Below are positions 37,796 through 50,010 of a DNA stretch of 64,000 nt, in pieces. How positions within the stretch are numbered: position 1 is the first letter of the stretch; each line of letters begins with the position of its first letter. The notes below the pieces were generated by a model, which did no database searches, had not been told where the DNA came from, and worked only from the letters and a program-made list of their open reading frames with translations. The DNA lies in contig MU053823.1 in the NCBI GenBank assembly GCA_013239625.1, positions 503,565-567,564 on the forward strand. The letters run 5' to 3'. The position numbers and the translations under genes are program-made. The stretch comes from Lama guanicoe (taxonomy: Eukaryota).

Positions 37796-39329
37796 TTTAA
37801 AGGCTTTTTTAAAGAATATAAAAGGAGATTTGCAAGGTTAAAAAAAACCCCACAGTTCAGGTATTACTCTACAATTTATACTTGAGAAGACAGAGATGGC
37901 ATAAACTCATCCAAGGTCACAAAAGTAAGTCAATAATTTTTGAGTCCATAGCCCTATCTCTTGACTGGGTTCTGGGCCATTATGTAAATGGTAGAGTTTT
38001 AAATTGTTAGAGGGGCATTTGAAAGGACTAACAAAAATTAAATATGGTTCTACCTTTGAAAAACAAGTGAAATAAAGGTTGGTAGGTAAGTGGTTATCCT
38101 CCTGGGAAATCAAAAGGTCTTTTATCTCAAAGTCCCTGCAGTCATTCTAAAACCGTTATCATGTGCAGATTAAATTCCTCTCAAGCCTCAGACCTTTGGC
38201 TGACTTCTGTTCCAACAGGACACTCAGCTGCTATAGCGTTTCTGAGAGTCAGCTGTCAGTACCTCTACCATCTTGAACCTTGACTCCCACTCCAGCCCCT
38301 CAGGGGTGACCACACACCCTGGGTCTGCTCTCACCTCTCCCCTCGGAATCAGATGCCAGAGGACCAGGAGGATGGGACTCTCGGGCCAGAGGAGAGAGGC
38401 CCAGGCTGGGGAGCCCTCCTGCGTGGTCAGTAGAGAGCCAAAGGGCCCTGCGGTACCTTAAAAACTACTCCAGCCAGAGCCCTCCTCCGCAGAGCTTCTG
38501 ATGAAATGGCTCTAAGGTGTAGCCGGATGCCCCCAGGTGATTCTAATGTGCATCAGTGGTTGCGTACCACTGGTCTATGGACGGTGTGCTGCTGTAGATG
38601 GGGTGTCTGGCGGGGAGAGGGGAGTGTCTGCTGCTCACGTTACCTAGAAAGTCACTACATCACCTACACAGTGTACGCTAGATAATTTGTACAACAGTTG
38701 CCTCTCCAATCAGTACACTTTCATAATCACCTGACATGGTCAGAGATCAAATCATAAAGAGAATTTCCATACCATTTTTAAAAATGAATTATATCCTTTG
38801 TTTGCTGGGAAACCACACTTAGCTGAGGAAGAATCTAACTCTTGATATTATTCTTATTTCTTCCCTTATAGTTCTCCAAGAATAGGATGACTGGGTATCT
38901 AAATGCCCTAAGGCAGTGTCTTTTTTTTTTCTCTATTTATTAGTATTACACCTATGGTCCTGTACATTACAGAAAATTTAATAGAAAAAAGCAAAATATT
39001 AAAAAATTAAAAGAATCATTTCCATTTCTATGTGCCAGAAAAAACCTATTCTAATATTTTGATACATAATCTAGATTTCCCATACACAGTTTGCCAATTA
39101 CCTGGTAAACTGTAAATACATATTTATGGAATTAATATGCAATTGTATAAACATTGCATTATACTGCAAATAATTTTTTTGTATCAGTATATGGACATCT
39201 AATTATTTAAGATTTCGGGGTTTTTGCATCTTGATTAAATTGAACATTTTTCACATGCCTATTGAAAATGTTCTTTTTGTGGTTTTTGTTGTTTATACAC
39301 ATTGCCCACTCTACCACTGGGGCTCATTT

Positions 39330-40500
39330 TTGAGGTTCATTGACATCCAAGGTATGAATGACGTCTACCTTAGGACCAGTCATCATCATCTCTGTGTCCT
39401 CCCCTACCAGCGAATTATTGGTCTCTCAGTCTCATTAATCCAATCTATCCTCCACCCTGCAGTTTATCTCATCATTTACAACCCTCAATGATATCAAATA
39501 GCCTTAAATATTAGCACAAAATCCTCAATCTGAGTTAGAGAAGCCTTCAGCCTCCTGACTGGTCTCCAGTTTAGAACAGCTCTAATTCTCCAATTTAAAC
39601 TTCACCAGATCACAATCCACTGAAACTCCCCAGGAGCTTCCAACAACCCTCAGACTCTAGTCCCCAAACCCTAAGTGTCTTCTCAAATACTGACTCAAGC
39701 CTCATTTCTGGTCGATGCCCTGCCAATAAATGCATTTAGAGAGAAACCTGAAGAAGGTAGGAGAATAAGTAGTGCTCTTATCTGGAGAAATCACTTTCTA
39801 GACACAGCAAATAGCAGTGCAAAGGCCTAAACTGGAACCGTGTTTGGCTTGTTAGCCGAAGAGCAAGGCCACCAGAGGGGATGGAGCAAAGTGGAGAAAG
39901 GGAAGTGTTACTAGGAATCAGAAAGGTACAAGAGACCACGCCAGATTTTCTGACCTTCTTTCTCCTTTTCTGACTAGAAAAGGGGAAGGAATCAGAGATA
40001 CCAAGGTTTTGATCCAATCAATTTTGACTCCTGGAATTGGCTTTACTGGAGGACTGAGTGTAGGTCAGGGGTCAGTGCGGGGCACATGGTTGAGGCTGGG
40101 AATTTTAAGCTTGACTTAAATAACCTATTAGACATCCAAACAGAGATACTGAATTAGGAGTTTGCATATACAAGCCTGGAGGTTAAAATCCGGAAGTAAT
40201 CACCACTTGGGTGGCATTAAACCCCTTGTGATTAGATTTCCTGCCTAGACAATATATATATACAGGAGATCAGAGATCTAAGGATTTAGCCCTAAGAGAT
40301 GTAGGAGGTCCAGGAAGAAAGAGAAGGAACAAAAAAACAAACTTTGAAGGAGCAGCCACCAACACAGAAGGAATCTCAGGAAAGGATGGTGTCCTGGAAG
40401 CCATGAGAAGAAAGCCTTCAAGGTGGAGAGAGCTCCTGATATTTCAAGTAAGAGGGGGTCGGGGAATTGATTACTAGATTTTTGCATTGTTAAGACCATC
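39330..40500. mobile_element. Degraded LINE-2 fragments; further L2-like tracts at ~58780-59250 and ~60100-61450
   Basis: Purine-rich L2-type motifs (CTATTAGACATCCAAA-AGAGAT, GGTGTCCTGGAAGCC). Confidence 0.5.
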
Positions 40501-41089
40501 AATTTGTGACTTTGACAAGAGTGTCCATGGAGGTTAGATGGGAAAGCCTGATTGGAGTTAATTCAAGAGACAGGGAGAGGTATAGCTCAAGTGGTAGAGC
40601 GCATGCTTGAGGTCCTGGGTTCAATCCCCAGTACCTCTCTAAAAATAAAATAAGACCTAATTAACTCCCATTGTCAATTTAAAAAAATGTTTTAATAATA
40701 CAATAATAAATAAATATGTTTTTTAAAAAAGACAGAATGAGCAGAAAAAAAATCACTAACCTGTGAACAGTAAATACAGAGAACTCTTTAAAAGAGTGTT
40801 CTTGTACAAGAAATTAAAGAAATAAGGGGGTAGCAAAAGAGTAATGTGGGATTCAAGAGAGATTTTTTCTTAACCTGGTAATAATTACAGTTCATATTGT
40901 AAATGGAAATGACAGAGTAGAGAAAGGGAAATGATGTAACTAATTAGTGATTTGAATCCCACAAATTTGAAGTTGCAAATTTTAAAACAGAATTAGAAAA
41001 CCTGAATTTAAACTGAAATAATTGTTTGATGTGCCTAAGCAATTTAACTGAAGTGTGGGCTATGCTTCTGGGATATGTAAGCACTTAAA

Positions 41090-41930
41090 AAAAATTGATA
41101 TCATGTACAAGCTATAAAATTCACTCTTTTAAAGTGTAAAATTCAATGGTTTCTTAGTATATTCACAATGTTGTAAACCATTACCACTATTTAATTCCAG
41201 ATCAATGTCATCATCCTAAACAGAAGCCTATTGGCAGACACTCCCATTCTACCTACCTTATTTCCTGACAACTGCTAATCTATTTTCTGTCTCTATAGGT
41301 TGGTCTGTACTAAATGATTCATATAAATGGAATTATACAGTATATGACCTTCTGTTATCTGGCTTCTTTCACTTAGCAAGTTTTCAAGATTCATCTATGT
41401 TGAGCATAAATTAGTATTTTATTCCCTTTTCACGACTACATAATATTCCACTGTAAGGATATACCACTCTTTGTTTATCCGTTCATCAGTTGATAGACAT
41501 TTAGGTGTTTCCAATTTTTGGTAATTATAAGCAATGCTGTGTTCACATAAGTTTTTGTGTGAACAAGTTTTCACACCTCTTGCATATAGTACCTAGGAAA
41601 GGAATTGCTGGGTCAGATGGTAATTCTATGTTTAGCTTTTCTTTCTTTCTTTCTTTCCATGTTTAACTTTTAGAAACAAATTTTTCTGTCTCTGTTGAGA
41701 TGACCCTATGGGTTTTGTCTTTATTCTATAGATATATTACATTGATTGCTTTTCATAAATTGAATCAACTCACATTTCTGGGATAAATCCTGCTTGGATT
41801 GGTCACAGTGTATAGTCTTTTTTCCATTGATGGATTTGGATTGCTAATATTTGGTTGAAAAACTTTTCCCTCTATCTTCATAAAAGACAGTAGTCTTCTC
41901 TTCTTGGGATACTTCCGGTTTTGGCATCAG
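41090..41930 (-). mobile_element. Old LINE-1 fragments, antisense, interrupted by an MLT2 LTR
   Basis: CTGGCTTCTTTCACTTAGC, CATCAGTTGATAGACATTTAGG, GGAATTGCTGGGTCA motifs; L1 sequence resumes after 42330. Confidence 0.75.
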
Positions 41931-41932
41931 GA

Positions 41933-42328
41933 TGTGATGGCCAGTTATGTGAACCTTGGTGAGGCTACAGACCTCAGTTAGTCAATCAAACATTAATGTA
42001 GGTGCTGCTGGTATTTTTAAGGTATTTTTTTAAAAGTTGTAATTAGAACCCTTATCAGTTAACTTTACAGGAGATTATCCTAGATATACTGAATAAGCCT
42101 GATTCAATCAACCAAGGCTTTGAGACTAGAGCTGGGGCTTCCCTGGAAAGAACAAATTTGCTTGTGGACAGCAACTTCACCGGGTGCTGAAAATGCCAGC
42201 CTGCCCTTTCTGACCGCTGCCCCAAGGATTTCAGACTTGCCTAGAAAGTTCCCATAACCCTGTAAGCCAATTCCTTGCAACAAATCTCTACTGGTTCTGT
42301 TTCTCTAGTTGAACCTTGATTGATAAAA
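41933..42328 (+). mobile_element. MLT2-type (ERVL) solo LTR
   Basis: Starts TGTGATGG, contains GATTATCC...CCTGATTCAATCA and AGCCAATTCCTT, ends CTACTGGTTCTGTTTCTCTAG...GAACCTTGATTGATA; near-TSD CAGGA/CAGGG. Confidence 0.75.
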
Positions 42329-42596
42329 CAGGGTAATTAATACTGGCCTCATAGAATCAGTTGGGAAGTTTTCCTTTCTCTTCTATATTTTCTAACAGCT
42401 TGTGAAAGGTTTAGTTATTATTTAAATGTTGGTAGAATTACCCAGTGAAGCCCTCTGATTATGTGAACATTTTTCAGATTTGTTTTTCAATCTAAGAAAT
42501 TTATTCTACTGTGTTGATTCATCTCAAATGTATCTGGGATGTCATTTCATGTTAGTATTTATTGAACTACTTCATACTTTAAACACACACACACAC

Positions 42597-42627
<31 letters not shown>

Positions 42628-44965
42628 CATATATACAGCTCAATTGGGCTGCTCTTTTTTTGTTTGTTTTTGAGGACCTGGGATAGTCTGTGGATAAAAC
42701 CCGGGTGAGGAGCTTGTGTTCTCTCTGTGGTGTCCTGTTCTCCAAGGTTCACATCCTCTCCCAAGTTCTCAAGCCTCCTGTTTCTGTTTTGTCTTCTCTG
42801 TTCTGTCACCCCTTATGTAAACCTTGATCTTTGGAAGTTTGTTGAGGAAAACTGAGTGAAAACAAAACAAAACACAAATCCTCGTGATTTCAGTAGCCTG
42901 AGCACAGCAGGTCGTACTGTAGTCATTTACAGTGAATTATTCTCTGTGAAAATTAAATTTTTTCTGCTAATACTTGTGGGTTTCAGTGATAACAGAGTGT
43001 AGGTTCAGCCACAGCAGAACTGAACAATTGAATGGAAAGAGATGTTTTATTATATGAAGAATATGAAATCTTTGGGGTGTGGGGGCTATATATAGCTCAG
43101 AGGCAGAGCCAGAGCTTGGTGCGCACGAAGACCTGGGTTCAATCCCCAGTGCCTCTGTTAAGGGGGAAAAATAAAAAATTTAAAAAAAGAATATGTAATC
43201 TTCTGCATCACAAATGGGGAATAACTGTGTGTGTTTGATATTCTTTTGCTATACCGACTGGAGCTAATTAGAGAAACCAGATTCCATCTAAAGTGGGCAA
43301 GTCCTCCTCAGATCCAGCCAATTGGTGATACCCTAGGGATTTAGGATCACTAATTGCAGATTTTTTTTCACTGGAAATTTGAATTTTAACAGTTGAATCT
43401 CCTGATTTTTAAATATTGGCCATAAATTCAAGGTTTTGCTTGAAAACGAACAAACACTTCACAATATAAACAAAGCACGTGTTTGCTGACCTCTCCCCAC
43501 AGCTGCCATTTTGCAGCCTCTCACTTAGTGATCTCATTCATTTCATGGCTTTGGTGGCCTTCAAAGGTGAAGTCAGTTCATCCTATACACAGAGTCAGGA
43601 TCTTCTCCCACTAAATCACCACCTACAGGACGCACTACCATGCATCCCCGGACAGAGCCAGAAGCCTGGTAGTGATGAGTTTCACGTCCCTCTCCCTCAC
43701 CACCATCCCCCAACCTTCAGATGGAACCTCAGTATCTCTGGTACCCACTCACTCCTCCATTCCCGCCCCTCCCGCTTCCTCAAACCCACATCCACTACCA
43801 CTGTAACTAATGCCTGTCTACCTAGTGCCCCCCTTATACCAGGGAGCTCCCTTCTCAGCCATTCTCCCTTGGCAGCCAGAATCTCTTTCAAATAAAATCA
43901 TTTTATGTTACTTTCTGTACTTAAAACCTAACAAAAACTTCCTATTGTTCTTAGTTAAAAAGCCAAAACCTTTCACTGTACATAAGAGAATTGCCTGGAA
44001 TATGTTTAAGTGTTCAAAGTATAATTAAATGAATAGATACATAATATGATCACATGAAAATTATGAAATCAAGGAAAGGAAAATTCCAAATTGAATGGAA
44101 GTTTAAATGAATGAATGAAGAAGAGTGTATACAAATGCAAGACGTTTGATCTTACTCAGTTACTGACTTTGAGTCAAGATTTGATTCAGAATTATTGATC
44201 TGGGTCTCCTGACCGCCAAAGCTGAAAAAGACACATGATCAGTATATTGAGTAAATATATTAGCTGTCTGGAGAAAGTAAGCTTAGTTTGACTTGAAAAG
44301 AAGGGAGAATAGATCATAATCCTGTTTGCTCTTACTGAAAAGGCAGATGACATTCCTCTCTAGGTTTTCAGGAAATAATTGCTGGCCCCCCACATTCAAG
44401 GAGAGGGATGAACTGTAAGCCTGTCACCAGTATCAGGAACCCAACATGTATAAATGAGCACATGCCATTGAAACCACAACTGCAAACACACACTCAAGTC
44501 TAAGGGCAGGTGAACAAAGACTTTCAAGGAAATATTTACTGTCTCTATGGTGAATTATCAGAAAATAAAATTTCATGTTAGTATGTCTGTCAACTGGAGA
44601 GATCAAAATGTGGGGAAACAGTGCTTTCAGATTCACTGAAATTAGAGCCGTTACAACCCATCCAGGGCTGCATCGTGATCACTGAAATTTTAGTAGTAAA
44701 AAAAAATCTTGGCACTTTATGTTATTTATTTGTTTATTTTTGCACAAACCTGTTATTTGGAAACATTATTATTATAAATAACACTTATTGTATTTTCCAT
44801 ATTTGGAGCAAAATCAGAGCAATGAAGTTCAACCTGGAAATTCAAAAGGGTTAATGACTTTTTTTCATAATTAGAGACATTCTGGGAAATGGAAAATTCA
44901 GCCATTTACTTATAAGAGCTTTTGAATGTGTTTCTATAACAACACACTATTTGTCTTTTTCAGGA

Positions 44966-44998
<33 letters not shown>

Positions 44999-45086
44999 TA
45001 AAACTGGTGCTGAGTATTTTCTCTCTGAAAATCAAGCAGAGATTGACTGATAACATCTAGGGGAGAAAACCCAAAGCAAGACAATC

Positions 45087-45147
45087 ATGGACCTCTGTCA
45101 TCAAGCACTGGAAGCTGGTGACAATGTCACAAAACTAGAAAGTTGGA
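45087..45147 (+). CDS. NANOGNB: NANOGNB predicted coding exon 1
   Basis: Good Kozak context (atcATGg); MDLCHQALEAGDNVTKLESW; 61 nt ending in phase 1 at A|GTAAGT; in frame with the next exon. Confidence 0.65.
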
Positions 45148-45279
45148 GTAAGTGTGAATTAAGTAGAAATCAAATAATAAGTAATTCCTTGCCACTTATC
45201 TTTTAACTCCATTCATAATCGTTCTTTTACCTATAACTGAATCACTGAAACTCATTTCTAACTGACTCTTAATTTTCAG

Positions 45280-45480
45280 GCCACACGGGCACATCTAGTT
45301 CACAGAAGAACTGCACTGGCCTGAAGTGCAATGTAAATCAGCCCCTGGAGGGCGACGTCCAAGGCATGAGCTTGGAAGAGACCATGAGTTCAGTACTACA
45401 AATTTTAGCACAAGATGACCAACTGCAACATCTCCAGGGCACAGAGAGACATGAAAGAGGCTTCCTACACAACTCAGACG
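45280..45480 (+). CDS. NANOGNB: NANOGNB predicted coding exon 2
   Basis: TTTTCAG| acceptor and G|GTAAGC donor; 201 nt, phase 1-1, no stops (SHTGTSSSQKNCTGLKCNVNQPLEGDVQGMSLEETMSSVLQILAQDDQLQHLQGTERHERGFLHNSD); joins exon 3 in frame. Confidence 0.72.
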
Positions 45481-47896
45481 GTAAGCAGCCCGCAGGGATT
45501 CCATGCAGTTATCAATACGATAGTTTTGACTAATTTATTTAAACATTCACCGCTATTGCGCAGGGGTCAAAGGACATGGGAATATACACCATAAAATGCA
45601 AAGGTCCCCCCCATCCACTGGACATTTTATTTCATTCCCCTTTGACAACCACAGTTACATTATATGTCATTCAAACCCTCCTCTCATATCTGTACAGCCA
45701 TTTATGTACATAATTTTTACATACACGAGATTACACTACGAAAATTGGAAATTTGTATAGAATTTCCTAGAGTAGTTATAAAATACTTGCGCATTCTTCT
45801 AGTGATGAACAATAGTTTTTTTTAAAAAATAACATTAACTATAATGTTATAATAAACATCCTTTTACATACAATTTAGTGCTAATGGGCAAGTATTTCTT
45901 GAATTTATTAGATTGAAGTCTGTGTACATTTTATTTTTAGGGTTTGTTTTTTTTTTTTGCCTTTTTTTTGGTGGTGGGTAGGTAATTAGGTTCATCTATT
46001 TATTTATTACTTTTGGTGGAGGTACCAGGGATTGAACCCAGGACCTCATGCATCTAGGCACGCACTCTGCCACTGAGCTATACCTCCCCACTGTGTACAT
46101 TTTACACCTAGTTAGGTACTTCCAAACTTGCTTTCAAAAAGATTTTTACTGGTTTGGACTCTCACAAACAGCATATAAGAGATGTCACATCAGTATACTG
46201 ATGTTCTCAAGTAGTTTTAGGAATAAATTAAATCCAATCAAAGTCAAAGGAATGAGTCTACAACAGAAGACATACAACGTTACCAACGTAAGTATAGCGT
46301 TAGCCATGTGTTTCATCTACTTATCTGTATGCTGCCTCTATCCTGTCCTGTTTTTCCAACCATCTTCCTGAATTTCCTTTACCATTTCCTTAGTTTTATA
46401 GTTTTTATCACATGTTTATGTGCCCTTTAATATTTGGTTTCTGAACATAATGTACTTTTCAGACTTGCTCTTTTTACTCAAAATTATGTTTCTAAAATTA
46501 ACCATATAGTTGAATGTAGCTAGCTTTAATTCATTAACTTCATTCTAACAATAGACATTATTTCCTCTTCTGATGTTTCAGACAGCGACTGCTGTTGCAT
46601 TCTTATTCATGTCTTCTGATGCACATGTACAAGAAAGTCTCTGCACATATCAAGGAAAAGAGAATGTACAATTTTACAAGTATGAGAAACTGTTTTCCAA
46701 ACAAGTTGAATCAATTTATACTTCCACCAGAAATACATAAAAGTTCTTGTCAATCTACCACTGTTTAATATGTGGTATTATTCGATTTCTTCATTTCTGC
46801 CTGTCAAGTGGGGATAAAACGGCAGCTCATTCTTATCTTCATCTTGATTATTAGGGTGAAATTCTTTTCACAATATTTGCCATTCAGATCTACTTCTGAC
46901 TCCTACCCTTCACACACACACATTTTTTTAATCTATTGGATTATTTTCCTTATTAATTAATTTATGGAATCCTTTGTTATAGAGACAAATGATTTGTCTG
47001 TTTTCTGTTACATATATTTTCTCCTGATTTATGGCTTTTCTCTCCACTTCACTCATGGATCTTTGCTGAATAACAGTTCTCAATTTATATTAATTTTATC
47101 AATCTTTTCTACCAGTATTTATAAAATAGTCCAATATTTCCCCACTGATCTGTAATGCCTTATTATCAGATATCAATTTTGATTATGTTCTTGGGTCTGA
47201 TTCCTTTTCAGTTCCAGTGGTTAATTTGTCCATCTGTACAATCATACTTCACTTAATGATGGTCTTAAAAAAAAAATGATGGTCTTAATGATGGTTTTCT
47301 ATTAAGTTTCTAATTATATTCTGATGTGTTTTGGTTACTTTTGAATTATTGATTTGATTTCTTTACTAGCATAAGTAGTGGAATCACATAATATATAGTT
47401 TAAATCAGAGTGCTTTAGAGTAAAGGTGGTATTATTAATATTAATATTAATAATTATGCAAGGAAATGGACAATACACCAAAATGATTCTGGGAAAACTG
47501 AAACATATGGACAGATTTCTAAAAACTGTGTATCTTATCAAACTCTCTGAAGAAGAAATAGAAAGCCTGAATAGTCCTTTAAGTAAGGTCACTCATACCT
47601 TTCATTTCAAGGTCATTTATTTTCACCTAATTAACATCACATGGAGATGTATTAATTTCAATAAACAGCCCTTTTCCCTACTCAGTCTATATTTAAATCC
47701 AAAAGTAAATTATTTGTAAACTGCTCTTTTCATGAAAATCTTCATTAGTTTTGATAACTTTACTTTTTCTTTCCTCTCTGCTTTTTCACAATGTATCACT
47801 TTGCTATGTTATGAAAATCAAATACATTCTCACATTGAAGAATGTTGACTATGATCTGAATGTCCCATTTAGCTGCAGCTTGATTTTATTCCACAG

Positions 47897-48219
47897 ATCC
47901 TGCTGTACAGAAACAACCAGCGATGTCTTATGATCAAAATCCTGAGCAATCACATCTTCAGGTTGAAAAAGGGGGAAAGAAAAGATGGACAGAAAGAGAT
48001 GAAGGAGAAATGGAAGAGGATGTAAAGGGGAAACTAGAAAAGGAACAAGAGAAGGAGGAAGAAGAAAAAGAAGAGGAAAATGAAGAACAAAATCCCCGGA
48101 ACAGGATAGTCGGCAAACCTCTCATGCACACTCTTTGGGCAACGTTTAAATTAATCAAAAATCCCACAATAGCACTTACTGCATCCCTGGCATTTCAGTT
48201 TAGCATGACAGAAAAACAG
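47897..48219 (+). CDS. NANOGNB: NANOGNB exon 3: acidic/Lys-rich tract and homeodomain helices 1-2
   Basis: CCACAG| acceptor; ...QPAMSYDQNPEQS...EKEEEEKEEENEEQNPRNRIVGKPLMHTLWATFKLIKNPTIALTASLAFQFSMTEKQ resembles human NANOGNB (SKSLMHTLWAKFKLNRCPT...FDMTHKQ); donor CAG|GTATGG. Confidence 0.93.
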
Positions 48220-48307
48220 GTATGGCCACATATTTCTTTATTGACAGTCATGTGCCAATATCCTTATTCCTGGACTAATCACCTCCCCCCATCTCATTTT
48301 TCTGCAG

Positions 48308-48387
48308 ATAAAGCAATGGTTTCGTAAAAAGAGGAATAAATACAAAAAGGAAATGTACAAGCATACATTTAAGAAAAGACATAAGAG
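48308..48387 (+). CDS. NANOGNB: NANOGNB exon 4: homeodomain helix 3 and basic tail
   Basis: Follows an 88-nt intron at KQ|I, the same position as the NANOG homeobox intron; IKQWFRKKRNKYKKEMYKHTFKKRHK(R); AG|GTAAGA. Confidence 0.93.
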
Positions 48388-48675
48388 GTAAGACCGTTCC
48401 ATATGGAGAACATAAGGTGAAAAAGGAATATACTGAACTTTGGAGACATGTTATGTTCCCGTAGTTATTGCATCTCCTTTAAATTTCTCATGTTCCAGAC
48501 AGTGGCACAAAGAACCACTTACTGCCCTATTTTTCACTCTCCTCAACACACAGAAATGCACATATAGGCATGCCACCATTTACCATGTGGTCATATTACC
48601 AGATATACAACTACAGCCATTAGATTTTGATTGATTACAGTAAAGAACTAATTTTTTTGTTTGTTTGTTTCTTAG

Positions 48676-48682
48676 ATGCTGA
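48676..48682 (+). CDS. NANOGNB: NANOGNB terminal coding exon (R-C-stop); AATAAA at 48748-48753
   Basis: T-rich tract and CTTAG| acceptor; A-TGC-TGA completes phase 2. Total CDS 61+201+323+80+7 = 672 nt = 223 aa plus stop. Confidence 0.65.
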
Positions 48683-49599
48683 AAACATGTGATGCCGGTT
48701 TTTCTTACTGCCCTTTGGCAGAAGCTCATGTGACTGGAAGGAATTAAAATAAAAACAACATCAACATTTGAAATAGCACTGGACTGTATATAGCAATTTT
48801 GTATGCTATTTATGTATATTTACATACAAATCTTTATTTATTACCTTGATTACCTTGATCATGGCTCTACACCAAAAAATGAGAATTGCTGGGAAATCAT
48901 GTGATTTTAACAAGTACTAGTTCCTCAATGTCTAAGCCAGAATTTGCACTTTCATCTCTCAGCTACAAATGCTGTGTTTTCAGTTCTAACTTGGGAAATA
49001 TTCTAGGCTGTTTCATATGTACTGTTTATAAACTGCTAATGATTTCTATTAAAATTCCAATGTGAGCAATTTAAGAATGCTTCAAATTTCTTGGACCTTC
49101 TCCACCTCCATAATTTCTTTAGCTCTTGTTTTTTATTTTTATTGAAGTATAGTCAGTTTACAATGTTGTGTTAATTTCTGGTCCAGGCATCCACTTCCAC
49201 AGTGTGAAATCCAATGGACTCTTGCGTCCTTAACTTTTCAGCTCACTAGTTCTCGTGTTCCCTCTCCAACAAGTCTGCAATCCTTCTCTTGCCTTCCATT
49301 TCCATAACACAAGTTTATATTCCATGATCTCCTAATAGGACTATTTCCTTCCTTCTAGCTCCTTGTCATACTGCTTGCAAAGCTACAAGTCTAAATTCTC
49401 CACTCATTTCACACTGTGCCTGAGCCATTGAAAAACACAACCACACTGGCTGTCTCTTTTTAAATTTATGATCATAAAACTCGAGTGAACTCTCACTACT
49501 GCACTACAAACCTGCTCCGTTCCCCCAGGCCGTTCACTGTTCCACTCTCCTAGACACTCACCCTTTTTTCTCTTTTCCAACCCAAAGCTTTAGAATCCA

Positions 49600-50010
49600 G
49601 GATTAAATACCATTTTCATAGGTAAAGGAGAGGGAGGATGTAGACCTCTTAGGGAACCTGAGTAAATGATTTTTAGGAAATTGAATGAGCCTTTAGAAGA
49701 CCAGATGGGTGGGGTGACAGTTTGTGACAAAGTTTGGGTGTAGTGTCAATTTCTAGTCTTTCTCCTGTGGTAAGAGTCAATCTTCCCTGGTTGTTGAAAT
49801 TCCTGGGCAGGGAATTTATGACAATTGGGTTCATTTTGGAGGATCTGTCTTTAGGTGGAAAGAGGAAGTGCAGAGAAATCCTCTCCCTGCTTTCGTTGCT
49901 TTTCAAGTGGCTTTAGCTCAAAATCAATACACCAATGCAGCGTATTTGGGGGTGGCATGTCCCGAAATCCTGAAGTCGTATTTTAGGGTGGCATATTCTC
50001 CTACCTTCAC
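49600..50010 (-). mobile_element. Solo LTR (ERV1-like)
   Basis: TTAGCTCAAAAT-AATAC...GTATTTGGGGGTGGCAT...CTACCTTCA end typical of ERV1 LTR reverse strands. Confidence 0.55.

Noticed and set aside
48220..48327. Tail of the 134-aa ORF (VWPHISLL...) as NANOGNB
   Set aside because: It reads through the 88-nt homeobox intron; helix 3 is in the spliced frame.
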